In this document: one piece after another, positions 9,621 through 22,999 of the stretch
Layout: each line of letters begins with the position of its first letter
Numbering within the stretch: the stretch's first letter is position 1
NCBI GenBank assembly: GCA_048013815.1
Contig: CM106585.1
Coordinates: forward strand, 18,662,001-18,726,000
Length of the DNA stretch: 64,000 nt
Direction of reading: 5' to 3'
Source of the DNA: Setoptus koraiensis
Lineage: Eukaryota; Animalia; Arthropoda
The notes under the pieces: generated by a model
Seen by the model: the letters and a program-made list of their open reading frames with translations, nothing else
Database searches by the model: none
Told to the model about the DNA's origin: nothing
Program-made: the position numbers and the translations under genes

Positions 9621-10002
9621 TATGTATAAGTATTTTAAAAGGAAATTTTGTCGAATAAAACAAAATCAGTTGGGGACCTTTAAACCCTCCTAGGCCTATG
9701 AGAGATTTTGTGACTCCACGTTGGAAATATCGTCTATTTCGAGATCCTGTCTCAATTTCAATATCGCTCCGATTAGCTTGCTTTCTTGATAGACCCTGGG
9801 CAAGGATTGAAAATTGAAAATTGGGATAGTCTACTTACACCATGATTATCGCTGAATATCCCCGCATTCTATCATGAGATTATATCATGATAAAATACAG
9901 AACTATAAACAGCACAATCGAAATCTTTTTAACCACACACAATTGTTATCAGCTGAAGGCAAATGTGCTTTCATCATGACCACAACGTGCTGGGAGAGTT
10001 GC

Positions 10003-10027
10003 AGGGTATTTTTGACGGGGGCGGGGC
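10003..10027 (+). promoter_or_regulatory. 25-bp promoter module AGGGTATTTTTGACGGGGGCGGGGC
   Basis: Lies between divergent PLEKHF2 and MRPL45; 23/25 identical to 8070-8094. Confidence 0.6.
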
Positions 10028-10166
10028 TTTTATCATTATGGCAAGTTAGTTTCCTCACATTCGCATGTGTACTATTATTTTATTATTATTACTCATATTT
10101 ACACTAGATTGCAATCAGTGATCATTATACATATCTGAAGATCTCTAAAGAGTAAAATTAGTAAAA

Positions 10167-11078
10167 ATGACACATTATCTACCTTTAGCAGCGCGGAGTA
10201 TTCATTTTCCCTCAATCAGGCCAATTTTGTTTATGCCACAACGAACAAAATATTACAATAACAGGCATGTCATAGAAAAATGGAAAAAACACAGGGCCAG
10301 GAAAGTTATACCTATAGAATTACCAGACTTTGATAAGCTTCGCGAGAATTCTGAGGCTAATATGGCTCCCGACGAGATAAGGAGCAAAATGAAAGAGAAA
10401 GGTATTGCGCCATCGAGATTTTGGAATGAGAGAGATGTTTTCCTGGCTTGCACTGAAGCCGTTGTTGACCCATACAAACCACCAGAGGAAGAAACAAGAT
10501 ACTCTTTTATTGAAGGTTCAAAGAAGTTAGCTGAGAAACCTACTGAGAAGTTGAAAGAACTCAAGCACCAGTCGAAATTAAAAACCTTCGAGCCAGGTTT
10601 CAATTTTAAGATGTTCGCTGAGGTGGACGCCCCCGAAATCTATTTAAAGGCCCATAATCTATTGGTATCTCATGACAATGAGAAAATATTCGACTACGTC
10701 ACCGAAAGATGTTACCCGGCAATGTGTGAGGGTCTGAGGTACCACACAATTCACTGGAAGTTGTTGGGGAATATAGAGCCACCTAAGTGGGTCTCAGTAA
10801 GATGTTGTGAAGTTCTCACCAAAGATAACGTATACGGACAAATTACGGTACGCTTTCACACCAAGCAACTATTGGCAATATACGACAGGCACGGCAGACT
10901 TGTCCACGGAAGCGAAAGTGACGCCAGGGACGTTTTAGAGTACATAGTGTTTGAGAAGCACTTGGTCAACGAGTATGGCAACTGGAGGATTCACCAGCGA
11001 ATCAGACCAAACAAGTCCGACGAGACCCAGATCTCCAAAACATATGAAATCGTGCCACCCCAACAGGCAGTATTATGA
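10167..11078 (+). CDS. MRPL45: 39S ribosomal protein L45, mitochondrial (Tim44-like domain), 303 aa, intronless
   Basis: Transit-peptide-like N-terminus, KVIPIELPDF...EIRSKMKEKGIAP, and C-terminal YGQITVRFHTKQLLAIYDRHGRLVHGSE...DVLEYIVFEKHLVNEYGNWRIH. Confidence 0.95.
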   Translation: MTHYLPLAARSIHFPSIRPILFMPQRTKYYNNRHVIEKWKKHRARKVIPIELPDFDKLRENSEANMAPDEIRSKMKEKGIAPSRFWNERDVFLACTEAVVDPYKPPEEETRYSFIEGSKKLAEKPTEKLKELKHQSKLKTFEPGFNFKMFAEVDAPEIYLKAHNLLVSHDNEKIFDYVTERCYPAMCEGLRYHTIHWKLLGNIEPPKWVSVRCCEVLTKDNVYGQITVRFHTKQLLAIYDRHGRLVHGSESDARDVLEYIVFEKHLVNEYGNWRIHQRIRPNKSDETQISKTYEIVPPQQAVL

Positions 11079-11223
11079 TGCGTCATAAAATTTCACGATG
11101 TCCAGTATTTATTTGTTTAGGGTGACTGTTTTATTTGTTCGAATTCAGTATGTGTATGTGAGTGTAGTTGGTTTCTTATATATATTTAAATTTAGGCACA
11201 AGAATGGTGGTCAATAATATTTA

Positions 11224-12876
11224 TCAATTGCTCAAAACCAGTGGATCTGATGGCGAGCCACTGTCGTCCTTAGAGCTGGTTGTTGTATTGTGAGATCGGC
11301 CCAGACCCTTTCTTGTTTTTGTTGGCTGTGCATTAGAGCCAGCGCTGTTCCTTAAATTCGCCGTCTCTCTAATATAAATTAATGCCTCTTGTCTAAGTTG
11401 TTTTCTAATCCTGTTAGATTTTGGCTGTTGTTGTTGTTGCGATTGTTGTTGTGGTTGTTGTTGCTGTAGGTTTTTGAGCCTCTTTAAGACTAGATGAACT
11501 CTTGGTTGACTCCTAAGAAAATCTACAGCTTCTGCGTGGGTAAAGGTTGAAATATCACAGCCGTTCACTAGAAGTATCTGGTCTCCTGGTTTGATTCTTC
11601 CACAGCTTATGGCCGGCTCTCTAACTAGTTCCTTGATATAGAATTGATCATTCAAATGTTGTATTGTAAATCCAAAACTACGTTCCCTCTTGTCCATCAC
11701 CACATTATCAATAATTTCGTATTGTTGTTGCTCCTCCTCATCCTCTTGCTGGCCGGTGGTTAGCATCATGGCGGCTGACGACGACGTGAACGATGCTGAT
11801 GGAGATGATATCACCTCAAGATCATCATCGAAATCATAATATTCACAGGTATTGTTGTTATTAATATTCAATATATTGTCCTCTTTGCTACTAGCACTAC
11901 TAGCACTGCTAGCACTACCACTACTAGTGATAATAATATTACCACTAGTAGGACTACAACAACTACTATTACCACTACTGTCGCTGTTACTGTTATGACT
12001 GCAACCACTGCTCAGACTACCACCACCACCATTCTTTGCTATCTTGAATGTGGCATTCCTGATCCGACCGAGTCTGGCTGGCACCGATGATGTAGCAGTC
12101 GTTGTTGTTGTTGCTCTCGTTGAAGCACTTGTTGCCGTTGTTGGTGGAGGTGCTGCTGTTGCTGTTGTTAGCTGTGACGACTGTCCGAGTTTGTTGCTGT
12201 TGTTCTCCACTGTGACTAGCGGCGATGATGCAGTCGGTTGTTGTGGCGACGGTGGTGGTAGTAGTGTAGGTGTACTTTTTACTTTAGTTGTAGGAGTAAC
12301 TGCGGACGTTGCATACAGCCCACCGCTCGCAGTCTGACTGTTGCTGTTGTTGTTGTTGTTGCACTGATCCTTGTCGTAATCATTAAATGCCTGCCTGTAG
12401 CCAACCAATCCATTGCCAATGTCTGAATGGGCGGATTTAGCTTGTCGCAAAATGTTATTATTGTTCTGGCAGTTGTTATCGCCGTGTTGTTGACTGTTGT
12501 TATTGTTACTTTTACTCCTGTTTTTGTTGTCGTCGGCAATATTCAAATCGTTGGGTCCATTACAATTATACCTTGAACTCGGTAGCTCGCCACCAGGGCA
12601 CAAGCTATTAGTAGGCAACTGTTGATCCTCGTTTAAAAGTTGATCAAATTGAGTGTAGGCCAGGTTCTGTATGCCATTGTTACTGTCATTATTGTCGGGT
12701 ATGATTAGGTTGCTCTTATTGTTGTTCTTAGATGATGACTTGCCATTGTGTAAATTTAACGATGATTGGTTCTTGAAACAGTAGTAACCCTTAACCAAAC
12801 GAATTAGGTCCAAAAAGGACATATTATGCGTCTTGATATGAGACATGTTGTTGATGGCGTGGCACTGTAAGGACAT
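11224..12876 (-). CDS. PDZ-domain protein with extensive N/S/T/Q low-complexity regions, 550 aa
   Basis: A single PDZ domain: MDKRERSFGFTI...FYIKELVREPAISCGRIKPGDQILLVNGCDISTFTHAEAVDFLRSQPRVHLVLKR. Whether upstream exons exist is unresolved. Confidence 0.75.
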   Translation of the reverse strand: MSLQCHAINNMSHIKTHNMSFLDLIRLVKGYYCFKNQSSLNLHNGKSSSKNNNKSNLIIPDNNDSNNGIQNLAYTQFDQLLNEDQQLPTNSLCPGGELPSSRYNCNGPNDLNIADDNKNRSKSNNNNSQQHGDNNCQNNNNILRQAKSAHSDIGNGLVGYRQAFNDYDKDQCNNNNNSNSQTASGGLYATSAVTPTTKVKSTPTLLPPPSPQQPTASSPLVTVENNSNKLGQSSQLTTATAAPPPTTATSASTRATTTTTATSSVPARLGRIRNATFKIAKNGGGGSLSSGCSHNSNSDSSGNSSCCSPTSGNIIITSSGSASSASSASSKEDNILNINNNNTCEYYDFDDDLEVISSPSASFTSSSAAMMLTTGQQEDEEEQQQYEIIDNVVMDKRERSFGFTIQHLNDQFYIKELVREPAISCGRIKPGDQILLVNGCDISTFTHAEAVDFLRSQPRVHLVLKRLKNLQQQQPQQQSQQQQQPKSNRIRKQLRQEALIYIRETANLRNSAGSNAQPTKTRKGLGRSHNTTTSSKDDSGSPSDPLVLSN

Positions 12877-14198
12877 GGTTTGTGTCGACGTCAGCTATTA
12901 TATAGCTGATCTAATAATCGAACACGTAAATGAATTAAGTATCGTTTATCTCGATAAATCTTCGAGCATTCCATTTTAAATAGGTGCTAGACTACATTTC
13001 TTGTTGTCGGAAGAGCATGCGCGCCAAATCTATGAAAATAAAGGATTGAATTATTAAATCATTAAACCAATTTAATCATTAGCTAGATTACTAAATAGTC
13101 TATTGAATAGATGTCCCTCGTTGTCCTATCATTTGGCTGTGCTGTTATTTGTGTGACTATTTTAGATACAGGCATCCTCTTGTTGTTGTACAATATATAT
13201 TATAACAAAGTCATATTTTGTTGTTGCTATTAGCCATCTTGTTGTTTCTTGGTAGTCGTCATCTTGATTCCTTTTCTTGTTTTAGCGAGCTTTTCACTGC
13301 AACGGCACTACTAGTGTGGCTAATATTCCTTTGACGCTTCTCTTGACACTGGCATGGTCTTCTTATTATATACGATAGTGCACTACTACATATTAGATTT
13401 TGCCATGATTGACGTCTCGTAATGATCTAATGGCACTTAAATAACTTCAGCAACGCAAACTTATCGCAGATCGCAAAAGCTATGCAAGAGACGCTATGTC
13501 ACTGTGTAATTATTCACGATGAGTCCTCGTTGTCAACATAAACTGAACAACAATATAGCTCGATATACTCGTCTGCGCCCACACCACACATTACCAAGCT
13601 TCTCAAGAGAACTAGAGAGGCTAGACAAACATTTGTTGTTGTTTATCTTTTATAATTGAACCTATGACTTGGACTATGTTATACTCAGCCTCGCGATCAA
13701 GTTCAAGATCCCTTTGATGGTTTTTCTAACAGAATACAAGCTAACGAGCCAGAAGTTGAGCTAGTTGCGAGAATTTGTTTACTGTATCGGTGACTAGTTT
13801 AACGAGTTTAACATGAGTCGCCTCTCTTTCTCTCGCTCGCTCTCTCTTCCACCATGTTTTTAGTGTGTCTAGCCAAAAAATGCTAACTACAATCTTAGCA
13901 TTTAGATGCGATAGAGTTTGGATAGGACCCGTCACGTAAACAATGAGTTGCCGTATTATTTTTCTGCTACTTTTTTGTGCTACTGATGTAGGAGCCGAAA
14001 GAAATCATTATTATGTTATGTAACAGTAAACACATAGTTGTTGCTGTGATAATGTAACGGTGCTAATCTAATGTCATTAGAAACAATGATTGTGCATTTT
14101 TCATTCCAGAAAACAAAATGAAAGTTCTCATTAATATATTTACACTAATCATAATATATATATATATATTTGTATGTATAACAAAAAACAATTACTTC

Positions 14199-15267
14199 CT
14201 ATCCATCGAGGTGTTTGACTTTAGTTTGCATTGAATGAGTTTCGCCAATCTTGGATGGTATTGTCGATGTCATCTTGCCAGTTCGCTGATCATTGTTCAA
14301 CGTTATAAATGCTATAACTATGATGTTTATGAATAAGGCAACCAGTGAAGCTGGCACAATTATGAGGGATATGATTTCGTAATAGTCAGAGATAACATCA
14401 ACGCAACCGTTAGTTTGTTTAGCTCGTTTTATATCTTCTACGGAGCATTGGACTCTGACATCTACAGCGAAAAGATTTTTGCCACAACAAGAACCGGGAT
14501 AGTGTCCTGCCACCACTAAACCCGTTAATTTTTGTCTTGGAAAGTCTGTGAAATCTTGTTTCCCGCAGCAATTATTGATATCTTGCATACCATCTATCGC
14601 AACTGAATATGGATTGCTTCTATTCTTAAATTGATACTGATTGTAGGCATGATCCAGAGTTTGAGAAACAGATAGCTGTACCTAGACAGTGCGATCGTTA
14701 GAGATGCAAGTGATGTATTTGATTGCACAGTTAGAAAGGAAAGAGTTGTTGTTGATGATGGATTAGGAAGAACCTGTGTTATGTCTAATTGTTACTTACA
14801 AGTTCGCCGCTATTGTAAAGCCATATAACTATCAGGCCCAATAATCCTATACAAGCTAAAGTGTAGAGAAAGATCAATCCACATAATGATGGCAATGAAT
14901 AAGTTTGTTGAACAAGATAGTAATTGGTATCATCATCATCGTCACCAATTTTATTGTTGCTGTTGTTGTTGACATGCTGATGAGGATTTTTTGATGGACC
15001 GAATTCAACGGAATGGTGATTTCTACAGCAGCAACTTATCGCGAATATAAGTATCAATACTAGGCCAACTAATATCAGCAGTATGAATGACGAATAGGAT
15101 GTCAACAGCAAAATGAAATTTCTTGAATGTTCTTCTATCGTTAAACGATGAAACCATCTCAATTGTATTAGTGACACTATTGCCGTTAGTATCAAAGTGA
15201 TACTAACAATTATATTAATTATATTGGATATTAATAAAGCCCTTTTCTTGCCATTTATCTGATACAT
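14199..15267 (-). CDS. Tetraspanin family protein, ~316 aa; exons 15267-14800, 14681-14199
   Basis: Four hydrophobic segments. The large extracellular loop has CCG, PGSCC and GC motifs. The GTAAGT donor and TAG acceptor join in frame (phase 0). Confidence 0.88.
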
Positions 15268-15714
15268 CTTATGTGCTACTGTTTTCGTTGAGATTATTTA
15301 CTATCAAAAAATATGTTGATGTTTGAGTGGTCGATGGTTTCGACTGTGAGAAAGTCCTACAACAACTATTTTGGATAAACTGATCGATGGACAACAACCG
15401 CGCGATACCCGAATTAATTTCCTTTAGGACTATGCGATTGTTTCTTTTGCCATTACAGAACAATTAATCTAATGACTAACTTGTTTGTGTATGGTTGCCA
15501 TGCGCCCAGCCAACATAAATAAATTGCTTTTCCGTCATAATAGTATAACAGTTTCAGATGAGAACGGCAACAGCAAACATGATGTTTGATTCGCATCATC
15601 GATTCGAGCATCGAAAACTAATCTAGGTAAATAAATCATTCATGTCCGAATCGGCCCATTTGTCGAGCATACAAATAACAGCTTATTTGTTTTGATGTTT
15701 TATTAATGTGGATG

Positions 15715-17985
15715 TCACATCAAAAATAAGTACAATAAAAGCCATACGAACATTATTACAACTAGCACATATTTGTGCGATAAAAATCTCAAGTTAATTC
15801 TCGGGGGTAGATTCTTAACGAGACGCTGTGGCGCAATCGAATCATGTTTCTTCTGGATCTCAATGTAGCTGATGGGAGGGCTCAATAAAGCTCTTGTGAG
15901 CCATCCTGTGAGGCTGTGGCTTGAATATGCTTTTGTAATGGTCTCCCTGTAATGTGTATTCAGCCAATTGGATAGAAATATAGTGAAGGTAACCATAAAA
16001 GAGATCTCGAAACTTCTAACTGGCTGAAGATCGGGGTTACCTTCACTAAAATTGTCAGACTTCGCCAACTTGTTCATTATTTGGAAGCGTCCTAAAGGTG
16101 TCAACTTGGGAGAACCAAGATCGTGAGCCAAATCTAGTCGATTTACATTCGGCTTAGGAGTAGAGAAGTTACGGTGTCTAAGTAGAGATGCTGATGTTTC
16201 ACCTTCATCTAACCTCATAGAAGATTGATTCTGAGCGTTAATCTGATCATGAGTTAATGGGTCAATCTCAAATATGCTTGTGAGTTTAGTTATCGCAAAT
16301 GATAAGTGATTATCGGCTTTAAGTTTATCGTTGTACATCTCTCTTTCGTCCATCGATTCAAAATATGTATCGTTGCTCGTGAGGAATGCAACAAAAGATT
16401 GAATCCAGCCTCTATCTCTTTGACTTGAACGAAGATCTACAGATAAAACAAAATCTTTGATAGTTTGTCTTGCTTTATAAACTTCTACCAATAATCTTGC
16501 AATTTGCTGTTTCATTTGAGGTGAAAAAAGTGAAGTATAACTAAAATCTGGGTTTGTTTCACATTCCATCAAGTGATGCCTGAATGGACTGAATCTAGTT
16601 TTAAAACCACCACTTGCATTCACCAAATTACGCGTTGGGCTTTTGATTACTGGAGAGGACGCCGACATCTTTTGCTCTATGTTTATTCTGCATACTGTTT
16701 CCTCGGCTTCTTTCAAGAGATTCATGAATCCAGGTTGCGAGTATACCTTAATAACTCGAGATAACATCAAAGAGTTCCTGGATGATGCGAGATCCAATTG
16801 CAGAATACGTTGCAAAATTTGTCCAAATATAACATTGTAATACAATAAATTATCTGAAATATAATTTTTCCAAATCGGATCAATTGTTGCATTGTCTACT
16901 GCAGGCGGCTTGTTACTGGCATACCTCCATGGTTGTATATAACTCAGCCACGTTTCTAAAGGCAATCGAAAGGAGGAGTCCATTGGCCAACGAGTGAATG
17001 ATTCGCGCAAATAAGAATAGAGTTTGCTCTGTAACGGGTATTTGCTACTCGAGAAATTGTGCTGATTTTTCACTAATATTCTGATAGCTCTCATCTGATC
17101 TGGATTGGCATTGAACGGATATACCGTCTGGGGTACCCGGTACGAAGATCCTGTACTGCCGAGCCAGACTTCAGTCATTAGCAGAAAGGTGTGGCAACGC
17201 CATTCAACAGAGCCGATGCTGAGGTAGATCTGGAGTAAAGCAAAATATGCTATATCAGACAAGTCTGTGGACGTATTCGGATCATCGGATGAGAAAGTTT
17301 GATTGTTGATGATGTAGAATACAAAGTTGAATATGTAAAATTCGAACGGATTAAATAATATGTGACTGGCAGACATATAATTGATTGAGGCTATTTTGTT
17401 TGAAAATATCGCAGGTGTGAGTCCATTTTCTATCATTACGCGCATCTGCGGTGGGAAATAGTTAAATGGGAACTCAAATTTAGCCGTCGTCTCTAACATG
17501 AGACTCCTAATCAAAGCAAACAAAACTCCATCTGGATGTAGAAAGGCTATGACGGCGTCGTAATCGTTGAGATTCTTCGATCTGTGAATGTTTTTCAACA
17601 TCCAGTCCGATGTGGAGGGCAACATGCTTTTGTTGTTTGAGGATGTCGCATTGAGTTGCGCATTTGTAATACCAAAGATATTTTCTACAATAGGCTTGAA
17701 TTGACTCAATATATTCTTTGCGGAATTCACGTTCAAGCAATCCTTGATAACGCTTGTCAGTTCGACACACCTCTGGCTGATCGATTGACGAGCGAGTATT
17801 TCCGAAACTTGCAATTCCACTGATTGAATTGAGCGAAATCTATGGGGCTCATTGTAGCCGCTTGTGCCACTCTGGTTCATCTGACTTCTCATCAACTCAT
17901 TCTTGTATGGAATGTGGAATGTACAATATTTCATGTCATTGGTAGCCATTGGCGGCGATTTCTGGTAGAAATTGTTGCCACTCAT
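15715..17985 (-). CDS. SMPD4: Sphingomyelin phosphodiesterase 4 (nSMase3/NET13), 756 aa, intronless CDS
   Basis: Motifs NPFEFYIFNFVFY, FRLPLETWLSYIQPWRY, GNPDLQPVRSFEI and C-terminal PRINLRFL plus a TM anchor. A likely 55-nt 5'UTR intron (18040-17986) ends directly at the ATG. Confidence 0.92.
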   Translation of the reverse strand: MSGNNFYQKSPPMATNDMKYCTFHIPYKNELMRSQMNQSGTSGYNEPHRFRSIQSVELQVSEILARQSISQRCVELTSVIKDCLNVNSAKNILSQFKPIVENIFGITNAQLNATSSNNKSMLPSTSDWMLKNIHRSKNLNDYDAVIAFLHPDGVLFALIRSLMLETTAKFEFPFNYFPPQMRVMIENGLTPAIFSNKIASINYMSASHILFNPFEFYIFNFVFYIINNQTFSSDDPNTSTDLSDIAYFALLQIYLSIGSVEWRCHTFLLMTEVWLGSTGSSYRVPQTVYPFNANPDQMRAIRILVKNQHNFSSSKYPLQSKLYSYLRESFTRWPMDSSFRLPLETWLSYIQPWRYASNKPPAVDNATIDPIWKNYISDNLLYYNVIFGQILQRILQLDLASSRNSLMLSRVIKVYSQPGFMNLLKEAEETVCRINIEQKMSASSPVIKSPTRNLVNASGGFKTRFSPFRHHLMECETNPDFSYTSLFSPQMKQQIARLLVEVYKARQTIKDFVLSVDLRSSQRDRGWIQSFVAFLTSNDTYFESMDEREMYNDKLKADNHLSFAITKLTSIFEIDPLTHDQINAQNQSSMRLDEGETSASLLRHRNFSTPKPNVNRLDLAHDLGSPKLTPLGRFQIMNKLAKSDNFSEGNPDLQPVRSFEISFMVTFTIFLSNWLNTHYRETITKAYSSHSLTGWLTRALLSPPISYIEIQKKHDSIAPQRLVKNLPPRINLRFLSHKYVLVVIMFVWLLLYLFLM

Positions 17986-18380
17986 CTTAGAATTAAATTA
18001 AGAAATTAAACGTTACAATTATCCAATAGCTTATTTCTACCTGTTTACTAATAAATTTATTATCGGAATGAATGAATGTCGCCTAGAGCACGAACGTGGT
18101 TATATCGTTGCATTTGCTATCTCCTTATAAGAACACAGCTGACGCGCGAGCGCGTGAGTTTCCACTGCGAATTCCCGCTGAACACGGTCCCGCCCGATAA
18201 ACCGCTCGGACAGTGCCCAACTTTCAAGGTGCACAAACGGTAGTTTTTGCAATGTTAAATCATTTAAATTCTTCCAGAAAAAACAGATACAAAAAATGAA
18301 TAAATCCAGCAGACACACTCTCTAGTCGAAGTCGATTTACTTCCTACGTGTTAAGAGCAAATTATATTGTTCATTTATAT

Positions 18381-20068
<1,688 letters not shown>

Positions 20069-20503
20069 TGAAGATGAGATCTCTTGAGAGCAAAACCAGC
20101 TAATGAATTGCTGATTAATTACTAATTATCGAGAAATATTTAATTTGACATAATGGGCAGAATAGGTTTTAGGAGAAAATAATTCGCTGACTTAAATAGT
20201 CATATAACGCAACCAATAGTCTAGTAATAACCATCTCATACATGTTAGTCAAATAAGTATCGATCAGATATAACAAATTGTGTCAAATTGTGTTTCCATG
20301 ACTACCATCGACACAGTGCGCTTGATGTTTCCTGCGCGACCTCAATTGAGAATACTTCTGTGAATGGTAGCCAATATCCGCTACAATTAAATTAAGTGTA
20401 CATTTTGCGTGGGCGTGTGACAGAAATAACAAATCATGTGATTCATGAGGTGTTATTGAAGTTTATTATCATAATTATAGAGGTTCAGTGTTGAAGATTT
20501 CTC

Positions 20504-21610
20504 TCAAACTACAGCAATTGGTATATCATCGAACGGGGGCACAACAACCCCTGATCGCTTTATAATTTCACCTGCAGCGTAATTGCCAAATTCAATACAT
20601 CTACTCAGATTCTCAATTATAGGATTTTGGACATACTGAGAGAGGAAGCCACCAACAAATGCATCTCCCGCTCCATTAGTGTCAACTATAAGTTCTTTAC
20701 TGATCGGATTTGGTTGAAAGTGAGTGGTCTGTATCTCATCTGTACCAGTCTTCGTGTACGATGCAATGACAGACTTCTCTCCTTGGGTGCATATCACAAT
20801 TCTTTTTGAATTCGAATGTTTTGGCTCACGAGCAATCATTGCGACCACATCCTCCCGATTGCAATTTTCCCATTTTTTTAAGCGAGCAAAGGCGTCTACT
20901 TCGGTCTCATTACCAAATATGATGTCAGTGTAAGGTATGACCTGAAGTAGTTGCTCACCGAACACCTCGCTAACATAAGGGGCGCTAAGATTTAAGCAAA
21001 AGAGTTTCTTGTTTTCGTTGGCGTATTTGCCCAACAAAATAAATGTCTCCACTGACACTGCTATCAAAAAACCAGTAATATAAAATATGTCAGTATCTTC
21101 CACTAGAGACTTCCAATGTGTCTCTAGATGCCTCTGGCTGAACTTTTGGCAGGCTCCCAAGAAAGCACACAGTGAACGATTCTTTCCATCCTCCGTCAAT
21201 AGAACTGCACATGTCCCAGTTGGTGTTTCGGCATCAATCATATAATTGACATCAACTCCATCCTCCTTGGCCTTTACGCTCATTAGTCTTCCAAATTCGT
21301 CATTTCCTACAGCGCCAGTAAACATGATTCTGGCGTTAACATTTTGTTTCTTCAACAATCCAGCCGCAACTCGCATAGCGTTCTGAGCTGATCCGCCCGC
21401 CGTGTAGTCGACCTTGTATGTTTTGACCAAATCCGAGCACAAGTCTTTGTGTTCTTCACCAGCTAGAATGACGCCATTAGGTTCTAGTTTATATCTGGTC
21501 AGGATATCCAAGTCAACGGAGGCTGAAATGTCCAGCAATGGATTACATAATCCCAAAATGGAGAAACGTTCATCGCCAGCCGGATTCAGTTTCTTTTCAT
21601 CGGTTGACAT
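20504..21610 (-). CDS. ADK: Adenosine kinase (PfkB family), 368 aa, intronless CDS
   Basis: Motifs NPLLDISA, AGGSAQNAMRVA, TGTCAVL, IIFGNETE and DTNGAGDAFVGGFL. Confidence 0.96.
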   Translation of the reverse strand: MSTDEKKLNPAGDERFSILGLCNPLLDISASVDLDILTRYKLEPNGVILAGEEHKDLCSDLVKTYKVDYTAGGSAQNAMRVAAGLLKKQNVNARIMFTGAVGNDEFGRLMSVKAKEDGVDVNYMIDAETPTGTCAVLLTEDGKNRSLCAFLGACQKFSQRHLETHWKSLVEDTDIFYITGFLIAVSVETFILLGKYANENKKLFCLNLSAPYVSEVFGEQLLQVIPYTDIIFGNETEVDAFARLKKWENCNREDVVAMIAREPKHSNSKRIVICTQGEKSVIASYTKTGTDEIQTTHFQPNPISKELIVDTNGAGDAFVGGFLSQYVQNPIIENLSRCIEFGNYAAGEIIKRSGVVVPPFDDIPIAVV

Positions 21611-22066
21611 CTCTCTTGATCCTGTTAGACGACTAGTTAATATAGCTGATGTTAGAGGTATAAATTATATTATTACTTGTTGGACAGATGGGAATTCCAG
21701 TTGTTTCTTTATACAACTTTCGATTTGACACACGCAACAACTGTTCACCACACACACACCGAAATATCGGCAAGCACCGCACATCTTCTTGGCACGCCCT
21801 CTATGGTATTCCCGGCGCGCGGTACCCGTATAGAGGCGCGCTTTGGGAACAAAGTTAGTTTACCAGTTGACACAACGGTCCAAATGTAACAATCAAATCA
21901 AACGCGTATTATTGTACGTTTATTATTATGATTCTTACTATCATTGGATTATTTTACATCTCATAAATATTGATTTATTTTCATCTCATCATCTGATGAA
22001 CACTTGCGGCCCTTTTATTGTGTGACATTCATTCAACAACCATTAGCTATCACCTCAACTGCCATA

Positions 22067-22732
22067 ATGGATAGCATGGAGATTAGCATGGCTCAGGAGA
22101 GCTTCAGAGAGGAGGGAGTCCTAGATACAATTGTGAGCAAACTTAAGAATCTAGGAAAAGAGGTGCTCAAACAGGCACTTGTACAGCAAAGAAACTTGGA
22201 GAAGGTTATCAGATTCAAAAGCGAAATAATTAGTAGGAGAGAAACATTCACCAAGCAATTGATTGACTTCAACAATGCTCATGTTGATGAAGAATTGCAC
22301 AAGACATTCACAAATCCTAATGACAAAGATAGCTTAGAATATCAAGAGGATCTTCTGAAGCAATACCATGAAAGACTCGAGGGCGAGCACGATCTTTTGC
22401 AAGAGGAACTTGATAGGCAAACTATGATAATGGAACAGTTGAGTAAAACTCGTCGCGAACTGAAGGATAGAAAGAACGAAATCGAAGATCTCGATAGAGG
22501 AATAAAAGAGCTCAAAGAATGTCCGGAATTCTCAAATAAGAAACTTTTATTCTCGACAATCAACAGAATATTAAATGTAAGCTACAAAAACAATGGAAAC
22601 GACATACAAGGTGTCTACCAGAAGAATCAGAGTGGCTTTGGGGTGAACAAATTCATCAGAAAGGATAATGAGAAGCCCGAAGCTTTTGATGACCTTATGC
22701 AAGGAGCTGTGGAGAGACTTCGTTCAGAGTAA
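22067..22732 (+). CDS. 221-aa coiled-coil protein with small C-terminal globular domain; possible divergent Spc24 (Ndc80 complex)
   Basis: A long heptad-rich E/K/L region is followed by LLFSTINRILNVSY...IQGVY...FDDLM, which resembles the Spc24 RWD-like tail. The resemblance is weak and judged by eye. Confidence 0.6.
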   Translation: MDSMEISMAQESFREEGVLDTIVSKLKNLGKEVLKQALVQQRNLEKVIRFKSEIISRRETFTKQLIDFNNAHVDEELHKTFTNPNDKDSLEYQEDLLKQYHERLEGEHDLLQEELDRQTMIMEQLSKTRRELKDRKNEIEDLDRGIKELKECPEFSNKKLLFSTINRILNVSYKNNGNDIQGVYQKNQSGFGVNKFIRKDNEKPEAFDDLMQGAVERLRSE

Positions 22733-22999
22733 CATTGCACTATTTTCATCCTAAAAGAAAACTCAATAAACACACTATATACAAAATATTTTGTTAAATT
22801 AAATTACATTGAATAGATAATCACTTATCTTCAATTAATATTTATTTTTCGGATAAGGGAATATTAGTAAGTAGTAGAAATAAGAACTCAATATAAATTT
22901 TTCATGTCTATAGAAAGGTTTGCTGGAGACAGCAGCTCTTGTATTGCTATCTTTATATTTGCATGGAGTTAGAAGAAGAGCCTATGGTAAATGATTAAC

